From an uncultured Bordetella sp. (GTDB taxonomy: Bacteria; Pseudomonadota; Gammaproteobacteria; Burkholderiales; JACQAP01), in the NCBI GenBank assembly GCA_964402495.1, contig CAYODB010000001.1:687-58038 (forward strand): a DNA stretch of 57,352 nt, given 5' to 3'. Positions within the stretch are counted from its first letter, which is position 1. The number at the start of each line of letters is the position of its first letter. The translations under genes and the position numbers were made by a program. A model generated the notes under the pieces. That model made no database searches and was not told the DNA's origin. It worked only from the letters and a program-made list of their open reading frames with translations. Shown here in pieces: positions 18,247 to 26,090 of the stretch.

Positions 18247-18546
18247 ATGAGCAAGACCAGAGCTTCCACCAAACTGCTTTCCTTCGACGCAGCCCGCTAC
18301 CTCACCGACGATGCAGCTGTCGCGGAGTACATGACCGCGGTCCTCGAAACCGAGGATCCCGACCTCGTGCTGCTGGCACTTGGTGACGTGGCGCGTGCGC
18401 GAGGCATGGCACAGGTGGCGAAGGACGCAGGCCTCGGACGCGAGAGTCTTTATAAGGCACTGGCGCCCGGAGCGAAGCCGCGCTTCGATACAGTGCTGAA
18501 AGTGGCGCGTGCTCTTGGCGTTCGACTGAGCGCTCAAGTCCTGTGA
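18247..18546 (+). CDS. HTH-type antitoxin (HigA-like 'addiction module antidote')
   Basis: Start at MSKTRAS. FDAARYLTDDAAVAEYMTAVLETEDPDLVLLALGDVARARGMAQVAKDAGLGRESLYKAL. Toxin-first gene order as in higBA. Confidence 0.85.
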   Translation: MSKTRASTKLLSFDAARYLTDDAAVAEYMTAVLETEDPDLVLLALGDVARARGMAQVAKDAGLGRESLYKALAPGAKPRFDTVLKVARALGVRLSAQVL

Positions 18547-19041
18547 ATGTGTGAATTTGATCCGGGCCGCCATGCCAGCATCAGAATTGAGCCATATGGA
18601 ATACCGGAACGGGCTCTGCTCAGAGCCGGAGGGTGTTCCTTACCAAACGCTAATTGCTAGCGTTCTTCATAAATACGTGTCAGGCCGCCTGCATGAGCAG
18701 AAGTCACGTCTGACTGCCGGCTCAACAGCGACCTCCCGCAAGCGGGCGGCGCGTTAACAGGGAGGTTAGCCACCATATCCCTGTGCACGTTGACGCGCTC
18801 CGGGAGGCATTAGGCCCGGTGATTCTTGGGATCGGCGTGAGTCTCATCGGCCGATATCTTCGAAGTGGATACCGTCGCCAATTCCCTAAGAATCCGCGCG
18901 CGGACGAGGCATCCGGCGTTCTCTTGAAGTGAATATCGCTATGTTGGCAGCCGCACACTGTTTGCAGTGAGTCAGGTGTATGGTGGTCCTTCGTCGATAC
19001 CGGATGTGCCGTAAACGGCGAACCACTGTCAGGAGCCATTC

Positions 19042-19212
19042 ATGACGAAGCAAAGCAAGGATCCAAAGCAGAAACCGGCTCAGGTCCATCCTTCTCCGGA
19101 GGCCGAAAAGGAACTGAACAGGCAAAAACAGAAGGCGGCGGAACACGAGGTGGCCGGCAGGCACAAAAACGACGGCCAGAATGATCATGCCGGGCACAAG
19201 ACCACCCGTTAG
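19042..19212 (+). CDS. candidate small hydrophilic protein (56 aa), function unknown
   Basis: AGGAG RBS 6 nt before the ATG. MTKQSKDPKQKPAQVHPSPEAEKELNRQKQKAAEHEVAGRHKNDGQNDHAGHKTTR. Below the ORF-track size cut-off. No family recognised. Confidence 0.35.
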   Translation: MTKQSKDPKQKPAQVHPSPEAEKELNRQKQKAAEHEVAGRHKNDGQNDHAGHKTTR

Positions 19213-19299
19213 AGGGCTACTGGCACATTGATGCAAGGCCAGGCCTTTTGCCTGCCCGATAGCACTGCATTGCCCCAACGGTTTTAACGCCTTGCGGTC

Positions 19300-22185
19300 T
19301 CAGCGCCGCTGTCCGAGCTTGCCGGCCACGCCCTCCGCGAGGCGGTCGAACAAGGGCAACTCGGTGGGTTCTTTGCTAATGGTCACTTCACCCAGTTGGA
19401 ACCGCCGCACCAGTTCGGTCTGCGAGCATTCGAGGGCAGTCTTGCCGTGACGGTCGGCGAACAGGTAACGGGTCTTGAGCGGACTGATGAAAGTCAGCTT
19501 CGCCGTCTGGTGTTTTTCCTTCTCGTGCTTGCGGACGATTTCTACCCAGCTTCCCAGCTTCAGCGCCGGCGGGAGCGCCGACGTGGCTTTCGCGCCCGCC
19601 GTGCCGCCACGCAACTGGACAGTAAAATCCAGATCGGCGACCTCGACCTGGCCCTCGCCGAATGGGTTGGGCACGGTGACCGGCGCGATCATGTCCAGCG
19701 ATTCCAGTTCCGCCGGTTTGGCGCCGACCGGCGCGGGAGGCATTGCCGGTTTCACCGGCACCTGCTGCTTCGGACTCGGCGGGGATTCGAGGCTCGGCGC
19801 GGACGTGTGCGGCTTCGCCGGGGCAGCGGGCGTCTTTCCGATTTTGGGCAATTCGAAAGCCATCGGCGGTTCGGCGGCCATCGCGGGGGCGGCCGGCACC
19901 GCAGGCGCAGCTTCGGCCGCGGGAGCAAAGTGGATCACGGGTAATTCGAACGCAGGGGCCGGCTCCACAGGTTTGGAGGGAATCGCCGGTTCGGGTTCGA
20001 TCGCGAGCTTGACCTCGATGGCCGCGAAGTCCAACTCGGGCATCGAATCCGCCGCCGGTTCCACAGGCGTGGCGGGAGTCGCCGGCGCAGGTTCGATCGC
20101 GGGCGCAAGCTCGACGGTCGGAAATTCGAGCGCTGGCGCGGCCGCGGGCACCGGCACGATCGCAATGTGTTCCGGAGCGGGTGCCGCTTCGACCGGCGTG
20201 TCGGCCAGCGAGAGGCCGAATTCGATCCGCGGCTGTTCCAGCACGGGCGCGGGTTGTTCCGGCGCCGCGACGATCTCCGGCGCAATTTCGATCGATGGCG
20301 ACTCCGCTGCAGGCTCCGGGGCTTCCATTTCTGCAATAACCACGTTGATGGGCTCGGGCTCCGCGGCCAAGGCGCCCGCATTGCCAGCGATGATCTCGGA
20401 ATGCAGCTTGCGCAACTCGGAAACGAAGCGGATGCGCACCGCGTCCTCGATGCCAGCGGCAGCCAGCGCGTCCGCCAGGCGCCTGAGCAGGTCCGGCACC
20501 TTGCCTACCAGCTCGCGTCGCGCTTCGCGCGTGTCCTTGGGCTCCACGCTCCAGATCAGCAGGTCCATGGTTTCCAGTGCGCGCTTCCAGGCGTCGCTGT
20601 CCTCGCCCTCCTTGACCTGGACCAGGAGCAGGACCTTGATCCATTGCCGGAGCAGGAACTCGACCACCGCGCGCGGCAGCCTGGCTGCGCGCAGGCGCAT
20701 CTTGATCTCTGACTGCGCCACGGTCTTGGCGAGCGCGAGGCTTTCCTTCTGTTCGACCTGCTTTTCATCGGCCTGCGCCTGCTCCTCGATGCGCTGGTCT
20801 TCCTCGATCACCAGCGCCTCCATCTGCTCGCGCACGGTGTCGAAGATCTCGATGTTTTCCTCGAAACGTTTCATGAGTCCCTGGAGCATTGCGTCCAGGC
20901 GCGCGAAGGTCGGATTGGAGGCATTGACGTCCGCGGGCAGCCGCGCAGCGACTTCGCCGAGTGTATCGAGCATATGGCGGGCTGGATGGGCCTTCTTGGA
21001 GAAGAAGGCCTTGTCCGCAATCGCGACCTTGAGGAAGGGAATCTGCAGCCGGCCGATCAAGCCCTTTACGCCGATGGGGATCTTGGAATCGTCGAATAGC
21101 TGGTCGAAGAGCAGCGCCACGATGTCGAGCGTCATCGCGTCCATCTGGCTCATGCCGCCGCCGAGGCTGGTGGCCTTGAGCTCGCGCAGGACATTGGTGG
21201 TCCCCGGCTCGGCGATGCCTGCTATCAGCGGCCCGGCATCGGCGGCCACCGCCGCGTCGCCGAGTTGCACGCGGGTGAGCGAACGCAGCAACTCCGCCCC
21301 CTCCACGACCTGTCGAACGCCGCCCGTGCCCGCCACCGCGCCGGGCAGTTCGTCTGCCGGCAGTGTTCCGGGCATCGCGGGCATGGCCGGCGCAGGGGTG
21401 GCGGCCGCCGCCGGAACCGGTTGCGCGATTCCCGCAGGCCGCTGCGCGACCAGGTTCTGCAGAAGCATGAAGAAATCCTGCTCCGGGCCCTTGGTCTCGG
21501 GCGGACGCGGCTTTGTGCGTTCCCTCCTTGGAGCGCCCATGCCCCGCAGCTTGGGCAGGATGGAGTTCTGCACCAGCAGGACATTCACCGCCCGGTAAAT
21601 GCCGCGAATTTCGTCGAGCACAAACTCGTCGAACAGCTTCAGCAGGACCAGCCGCACTTCGACGTCGTCCTCCACTTGTGCGCAGGTCTGCTTGTAGGCG
21701 TCGGAAATCGCCTGGGGCGCGAAGGGGTTGTCGTCCGGCTGCAGGCCGGCGTCGCCGAACAGCACACCCACCCGCTGGTCCAGGGCGGCGAGTTCCTCTT
21801 CGCAGTACTGGCGCAACCGCGCCGTCATGGCGTTGAACTTGAGGGTCTCGTTGAGATCGTCCTCGCCGACCAACGCCAGTTCGACGTCGGACAGATCGAT
21901 ATCGGCGAAGTCGTCGCCGATCTTTTTCGAGCGGTTACTGCGCAGCTGGAATTCGCGCAGGTAGCGGACCCGGAACTGGATTTCTATTTTTTCCCGCTGC
22001 GCGAGCACCTTGTCCCGTGTTTCCCGGTACAACGCTTGGACGTCCGCGTCGCGGATCTCGCTCTTGAGCGCCGTGAGCGCGTCGTCCGCCTTGTCGAGCA
22101 TGCCGGCCAGTGCCGTGGCCAGACGCTCGCAAAACAGATCGCGACTTTGCGCCAGAATATTGTCGAAGGGTGTTACCTGAGGCAT
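19300..22185 (-). CDS. DUF1631 family protein with a long Ala/Pro/Glu-rich insert
   Basis: Start set at MPQVTPFDNILAQSRDLFCERL. The N-terminal and C-terminal regions (LGSWVEIV...AKLTFISPLKTRYLFADRHGKTALECSQTELVRRF) fit my recollection of DUF1631 proteins. Confidence 0.8.
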   Translation of the reverse strand: MPQVTPFDNILAQSRDLFCERLATALAGMLDKADDALTALKSEIRDADVQALYRETRDKVLAQREKIEIQFRVRYLREFQLRSNRSKKIGDDFADIDLSDVELALVGEDDLNETLKFNAMTARLRQYCEEELAALDQRVGVLFGDAGLQPDDNPFAPQAISDAYKQTCAQVEDDVEVRLVLLKLFDEFVLDEIRGIYRAVNVLLVQNSILPKLRGMGAPRRERTKPRPPETKGPEQDFFMLLQNLVAQRPAGIAQPVPAAAATPAPAMPAMPGTLPADELPGAVAGTGGVRQVVEGAELLRSLTRVQLGDAAVAADAGPLIAGIAEPGTTNVLRELKATSLGGGMSQMDAMTLDIVALLFDQLFDDSKIPIGVKGLIGRLQIPFLKVAIADKAFFSKKAHPARHMLDTLGEVAARLPADVNASNPTFARLDAMLQGLMKRFEENIEIFDTVREQMEALVIEEDQRIEEQAQADEKQVEQKESLALAKTVAQSEIKMRLRAARLPRAVVEFLLRQWIKVLLLVQVKEGEDSDAWKRALETMDLLIWSVEPKDTREARRELVGKVPDLLRRLADALAAAGIEDAVRIRFVSELRKLHSEIIAGNAGALAAEPEPINVVIAEMEAPEPAAESPSIEIAPEIVAAPEQPAPVLEQPRIEFGLSLADTPVEAAPAPEHIAIVPVPAAAPALEFPTVELAPAIEPAPATPATPVEPAADSMPELDFAAIEVKLAIEPEPAIPSKPVEPAPAFELPVIHFAPAAEAAPAVPAAPAMAAEPPMAFELPKIGKTPAAPAKPHTSAPSLESPPSPKQQVPVKPAMPPAPVGAKPAELESLDMIAPVTVPNPFGEGQVEVADLDFTVQLRGGTAGAKATSALPPALKLGSWVEIVRKHEKEKHQTAKLTFISPLKTRYLFADRHGKTALECSQTELVRRFQLGEVTISKEPTELPLFDRLAEGVAGKLGQRR

Positions 22186-22328
22186 TGCGACCACTGAACC
22201 CTGACTCACGATCCGGAAATCGGCATTGTGCCCGATCCGGGCCCTATAAAGAACGTCCAGGAGGATCCGGGGCATCCAACGCCCAGGGCCCTGGGGAAAA
22301 CCGAACGGCCTTGCGACAGATCCCGCGA

Positions 22329-23582
22329 TCAGAGCAACCCGAAGAACACATAGCAGACCGCCGCCCCCACCACGCACATCGCCAACCCCCACACCAGCAT
22401 CTGGTTGAACAGCCGCTTGCGGTCCACGTCGGGCGCCGCATTGGAAATGCACAAGGCGCCAAGCGTTGACAGCGGAGAGACATCGACCAGATGAGCGCCG
22501 ACATTGATCGAGGACGCAATGGCGAGCGCATCGCCCCCGCCCAGTTTCTCGATCAGGCCCGGGATGGTCGGCAGGAAAGCCGGCAGGACCACTCCCGATG
22601 AACTGCTGTAAACCGAGATCACCCCGGTGACCAGTGCAATCACGGCGGTGATGCTCTGTTGTGTCGAGAACGATGAGAGCATGGAAGTGAGAAGTTCCAT
22701 GCCGCCGGTTTTATCGGCCACACCGATCAACACGGTCACGCCGCATACCATGATGGTCACACCCCAGGGCATGTCCTTCAACGCCCGCTTCTCGTCGGCT
22801 GCGCGCGCCAGCGAGATAACGGCCGCCCCGACGAAGGCGCCGACGGTGATATCCAGCTTGAAGACGAGTACCGCTACAATCAGGGTCCCGATCACCAGGA
22901 GCGTGAGCTTCTGGCGCCAGTCGAGGGGCGCAGCCGCCGGCCCCAGGTCTTCAATCGCAATCGTTCCCCTGCCCCCTCGCAAGAGCCGCGCACCTCCCAG
23001 CAGGAAATAGCCACCAAAGCCGACGAAGGATTGCGAAACGAGCAGGCCAAGGTAGTTGCTCCATTGTGCATTCTCGATTCCGATCTTGGCCATGAGCCCG
23101 TTGGCGATGATGCCGGTCGGGGCGAAAGGCGAGAGCGCGCCGGCATTGGCGCCGCAGCAGACCATCAACGCCATCAGGAATGCAGGGATGCCGGCGCGGC
23201 CCGCCGCCGCCATCGCCACCGGCGCCAGCAATGCGGTCGCTGCGATGTTGCCCGGGCCGATCGACGAGAACACCAGTGCCAGAAAAAAGAAAATAATCGG
23301 GATGACACCGGCCCGGCCGCGCGCGTGGCCGACCGCGAGCGCCGAAATCCTGTCGAGCGTGCCGTTGACGCGCGCCTGGGAGAAGAGCAGCGTGACGCCG
23401 ACAAGCGTGAGGAACAGGCCGGCCGGAAATCCCGCAACGATGGCGGGCAGCTTGAGCCCGGCCAGGGGTATCCCGACCAGGAACGCGGCCGCGATGGCGA
23501 GCACGCCAACGTTGACGGGCAGGAAGCTGCCGGCAACGACCACGGCCATCAAGGCAATCAGCGATATGACGGAGAGATCCAT
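22329..23582 (-). CDS. SLC13/ArsB-NhaD superfamily permease (anion/dicarboxylate carrier-like)
   Basis: 417 aa, polytopic and very hydrophobic, with a two-halves architecture and a central hydrophilic loop (GGRGTIAIEDLGPAAAPLDWRQK). Confidence 0.8.
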   Translation of the reverse strand: MDLSVISLIALMAVVVAGSFLPVNVGVLAIAAAFLVGIPLAGLKLPAIVAGFPAGLFLTLVGVTLLFSQARVNGTLDRISALAVGHARGRAGVIPIIFFFLALVFSSIGPGNIAATALLAPVAMAAAGRAGIPAFLMALMVCCGANAGALSPFAPTGIIANGLMAKIGIENAQWSNYLGLLVSQSFVGFGGYFLLGGARLLRGGRGTIAIEDLGPAAAPLDWRQKLTLLVIGTLIVAVLVFKLDITVGAFVGAAVISLARAADEKRALKDMPWGVTIMVCGVTVLIGVADKTGGMELLTSMLSSFSTQQSITAVIALVTGVISVYSSSSGVVLPAFLPTIPGLIEKLGGGDALAIASSINVGAHLVDVSPLSTLGALCISNAAPDVDRKRLFNQMLVWGLAMCVVGAAVCYVFFGLL

Positions 23583-23674
23583 TTTCGTGTCTTCTTGTCG
23601 GGGGACCGGACCGGATTGCCCGCGATGTTAGACTCTCGCGGATCTTCCATCCACATTTCCAGAAAATATCCGAC

Positions 23675-24274
23675 ATGAAAACCGTCGACTATTATTTCTC
23701 CCCGATGTCGCCCTGGTCTTACCTTGGCCATTCCCGCTTCGCCGATATTGCAAAGCGGCATGGCGCCATCATCAACGTCAAGCCGGTGGACTACGGAAAG
23801 ATTTTCCCGGTTTCAGGGGGCGTGCCAGTGGCCAAACGCGCGCCGCAGCGTCAGGCCTACCGTTTCGCCGAACTCAAGCGCTGGCAGAAATTCCTCGATG
23901 TCCCGCTGACGCTGGAGCCGAAGTTCTTTCCGTACGATTCCAGCCTGGCCGCAAGGCTGATTATCGCTGCCGAAGGCAAAGGCAGCGGCAGTGCCATGCG
24001 CCTCGCAGGTGCCCTCCTAAAGGCCTGCTGGGCGCAAGACCGGAATATGGCCGATGAGGCCGAACTGGCGAAGGTTTGCCAGGAACAGGGATTCGAACCG
24101 CGTGAACTGTTCGCGGCCTCGAAATTGGATGAGGGCCAGAAGCGTTTCGATGCCCTGACGGAGGAAGCCATCAGCCTGCAGGTGTTCGGCGCGCCGACGT
24201 ACGCGTACAAAGGCGAGCTGTATTGGGGACAGGATCGCCTGGATTTCCTTGAGCGCGCTCTCGCAAGCGGCTGA
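23675..24274 (+). CDS. 2-hydroxychromene-2-carboxylate isomerase family (DsbA-like) protein
   Basis: VDYYFSPMSPWSYLG at the N-terminus and FGAPTYAYKGELYWGQDRLDFLERAL at the C-terminus are typical of this family. Confidence 0.9.
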   Translation: MKTVDYYFSPMSPWSYLGHSRFADIAKRHGAIINVKPVDYGKIFPVSGGVPVAKRAPQRQAYRFAELKRWQKFLDVPLTLEPKFFPYDSSLAARLIIAAEGKGSGSAMRLAGALLKACWAQDRNMADEAELAKVCQEQGFEPRELFAASKLDEGQKRFDALTEEAISLQVFGAPTYAYKGELYWGQDRLDFLERALASG

Positions 24275-24292
24275 TGCCGCCGCGCTGCGCGA

Positions 24293-24404
24293 GGGACTAG
24301 GGGTTAGGGGCTAGGGTGAAAAGCGTGCACGGCGAATCAAAGCATCTGCCCTGAGAGCTTCTAGTCCCTAACCCCTAGTCCCTAACCCCTAGTCCCTAGC
24401 CCCT
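24293..24404. repeat. palindromic element with telomere-like G-rich/C-rich tandem arms
   Basis: Left arm gggactaggggttaggggctaggg. The right arm has 3 reiterations of ctagtccctaaccc-like units. 17 nt of the left arm are exactly complementary to the right arm. It lies between convergent genes. Confidence 0.7.
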
Positions 24405-24409
24405 GCTTT

Positions 24410-25621
24410 TCAGTCGCTATCGTGGCGCCTCGCTTTAAACCCTGCCGCTTCGAGCTTGGCAATGATCTCCCGGATATGTTCATGTCCGCGGGTCTGCAAG
24501 ACGAAATCCACATCCGCCGACTGGACCGGGGAGCGCGTGAAGGCGCGCTCGTGATGCACTTCTTCGATGTTGGCATTGGCTTCGGCGAGGCACGCGGTCA
24601 CTTTGGCCAGCGAGCCGGGCAGGTCGCGTAGCTGGACCTGCAGGCGCGTCAGGCGTCCGGTGCGGACCATGCCGCGTTCGATGATGTCGGCCAGGGTCAG
24701 CGGATCGATGTTGCCGCCCGACAGCACCAGGCCCACCTTCTTCCCGGCGAAGCGCTCGCGGTACTTCAGCAGGCCGGCCAGGCCGACCGCGCCCGCGCCC
24801 TCGGCCACCGTCTTTTCAATTTCAAGCAGCAGCAGCATCGCTTCCTCGATATCGCCTTCGTCCACCAGCAGGATATCGTCGACGTTCTTGCGGATGATCT
24901 CCAGCGTCAAACCGCCGGGTTGCCTGACCGCGATGCCTTCGGCGATGGTGTTGGTACCGAACTCGGGCTGCAGCCCCTTGAGCGCGCAATGCACGGCTGG
25001 AAAGCGCACGGTCTCGACGCCGATCACCTGCGCAGCCGGCCTGACGCCCTTCACCGCAACCGCGATGCCAGAAATCATGCCGCCACCGCCAACCGGCACC
25101 AGCAGGACGTCGAGATCGGGCTGCGCTGCCAGCATCTCGAGGCCGATGGTGCCCTGGCCGGCGATGATCTGTTCGTCATCATAGGGATGCACCAGCGTCA
25201 GGCGCCTCTTCTCCATAACTTCGAGCGCGTGCGCCTTGGCTTCGTCGAAATTCTCGCCGTGCAGGATGACCTCGGCACCGAACGCCCGCGTCTGCTCCAC
25301 CTTGACGTTTGGCGTGAAGCGCGGCATCACGATCACGGCGGGGATGCCCAGGCGTTTCGCATGGTAGGCCACGCCTTGCGCATGGTTGCCCGCCGATACG
25401 GCAATCACGCCCGCCTTGCGCTGGCCTTCGCTCAGGGACAACAACTTGTTGAGGGCACCGCGTTCCTTGAAGGAGGCCGTGAACTGGAGGTTCTCGAACT
25501 TGAGGAAGACCTGCGCGCCGGAGATTTCGGAAAGCGTGCGCGACAGTAGGCAGGGCGTGACAATGATCGCGCCGTCGATGACCGCCGCTGCGGTGCGAAT
25601 ATCCTGCAAGGAAACTGGCAT
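24410..25621 (-). CDS. ilvA: threonine ammonia-lyase (short form with one C-terminal regulatory domain)
   Basis: FLKFENLQFTASFKERGALNKL (PLP lysine), AVSAGNHAQGVAYHAKRLGIPAVIVMP, and an ACT-like C-terminus. Confidence 0.9.
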   Translation of the reverse strand: MPVSLQDIRTAAAVIDGAIIVTPCLLSRTLSEISGAQVFLKFENLQFTASFKERGALNKLLSLSEGQRKAGVIAVSAGNHAQGVAYHAKRLGIPAVIVMPRFTPNVKVEQTRAFGAEVILHGENFDEAKAHALEVMEKRRLTLVHPYDDEQIIAGQGTIGLEMLAAQPDLDVLLVPVGGGGMISGIAVAVKGVRPAAQVIGVETVRFPAVHCALKGLQPEFGTNTIAEGIAVRQPGGLTLEIIRKNVDDILLVDEGDIEEAMLLLLEIEKTVAEGAGAVGLAGLLKYRERFAGKKVGLVLSGGNIDPLTLADIIERGMVRTGRLTRLQVQLRDLPGSLAKVTACLAEANANIEEVHHERAFTRSPVQSADVDFVLQTRGHEHIREIIAKLEAAGFKARRHDSD

Positions 25622-25673
25622 TCTTGTGGGGAATCTGCTCCGATGGAAATCTAGTCCGACTGTCGCCTACAGG

Positions 25674-25700
25674 CAACAAAAACCCGCCTCAGCGGGGTTG
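25674..25700 (-). terminator. rho-independent terminator downstream of the csp remnant
   Basis: The minus strand reads CAACCCCGCTGAGGCGGGTTTTTGTTG: a GC stem, 4-nt loop and T-run. Confidence 0.6.
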
Positions 25701-25720
25701 TTATCCTGGTCCGGCGCGGA

Positions 25721-25825
25721 TCAGGCCGCGTGTATGTTGGAGGCCTGCCTGCCCTTCGGGCCGGTGGGCACTTCGAAACCGTAGCCTTTGGAGTCGTTGA
25801 ACCCCTTAACAGTACCGGTAGCCAT
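25721..25825 (-). pseudogene. cold-shock protein (CspA family) gene with an internal deletion (34 codons left)
   Basis: MATGTVKGFNDSKGYGF|EVPTGPKGRQASNIHAA joins a CspA N-terminus directly to a CspA C-terminus; about 35 central residues are missing, and the RNP1 Trp is Gly. The AGGA RBS and the terminator are retained. Confidence 0.55.
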
Positions 25826-26090
25826 GAGAACATTCCTCAATAAATTTAAAGATGGGGATGCACCCGATGTTGGAGTTACAGGTGAGCCGCGTATGGCAGA
25901 ACCGATACCGAACACTTTCACTCGCGGTTGCGGCCCGGAGCGCCGGGATTCACAACATCCTGGAACGCCACCTGGCAACACGCGCGGATCATACGCCAAA
26001 CCAAAAAAACCGTCCGCCAGCCACCTCTCCAGGGAATGGTCACCTTTTTTCACTACGCCCCGACGGAAGGAACATTAGAATGATGTCCAC

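Noticed and set aside
19475-21598. 707-aa plus-strand ORF, plus other overlapping ORFs (19388..20644, 21265..22197).
   Set aside because: They are antisense or out of frame with the DUF1631 gene. The composition is extremely Ser/Ala/Gly/Arg-rich and low-complexity.
5592-24404. Repeat elements as a possible CRISPR array.
   Set aside because: Each locus is a single inverted pair, or short tandem units within an arm. There is no regular repeat-spacer periodicity and there are no cas genes.
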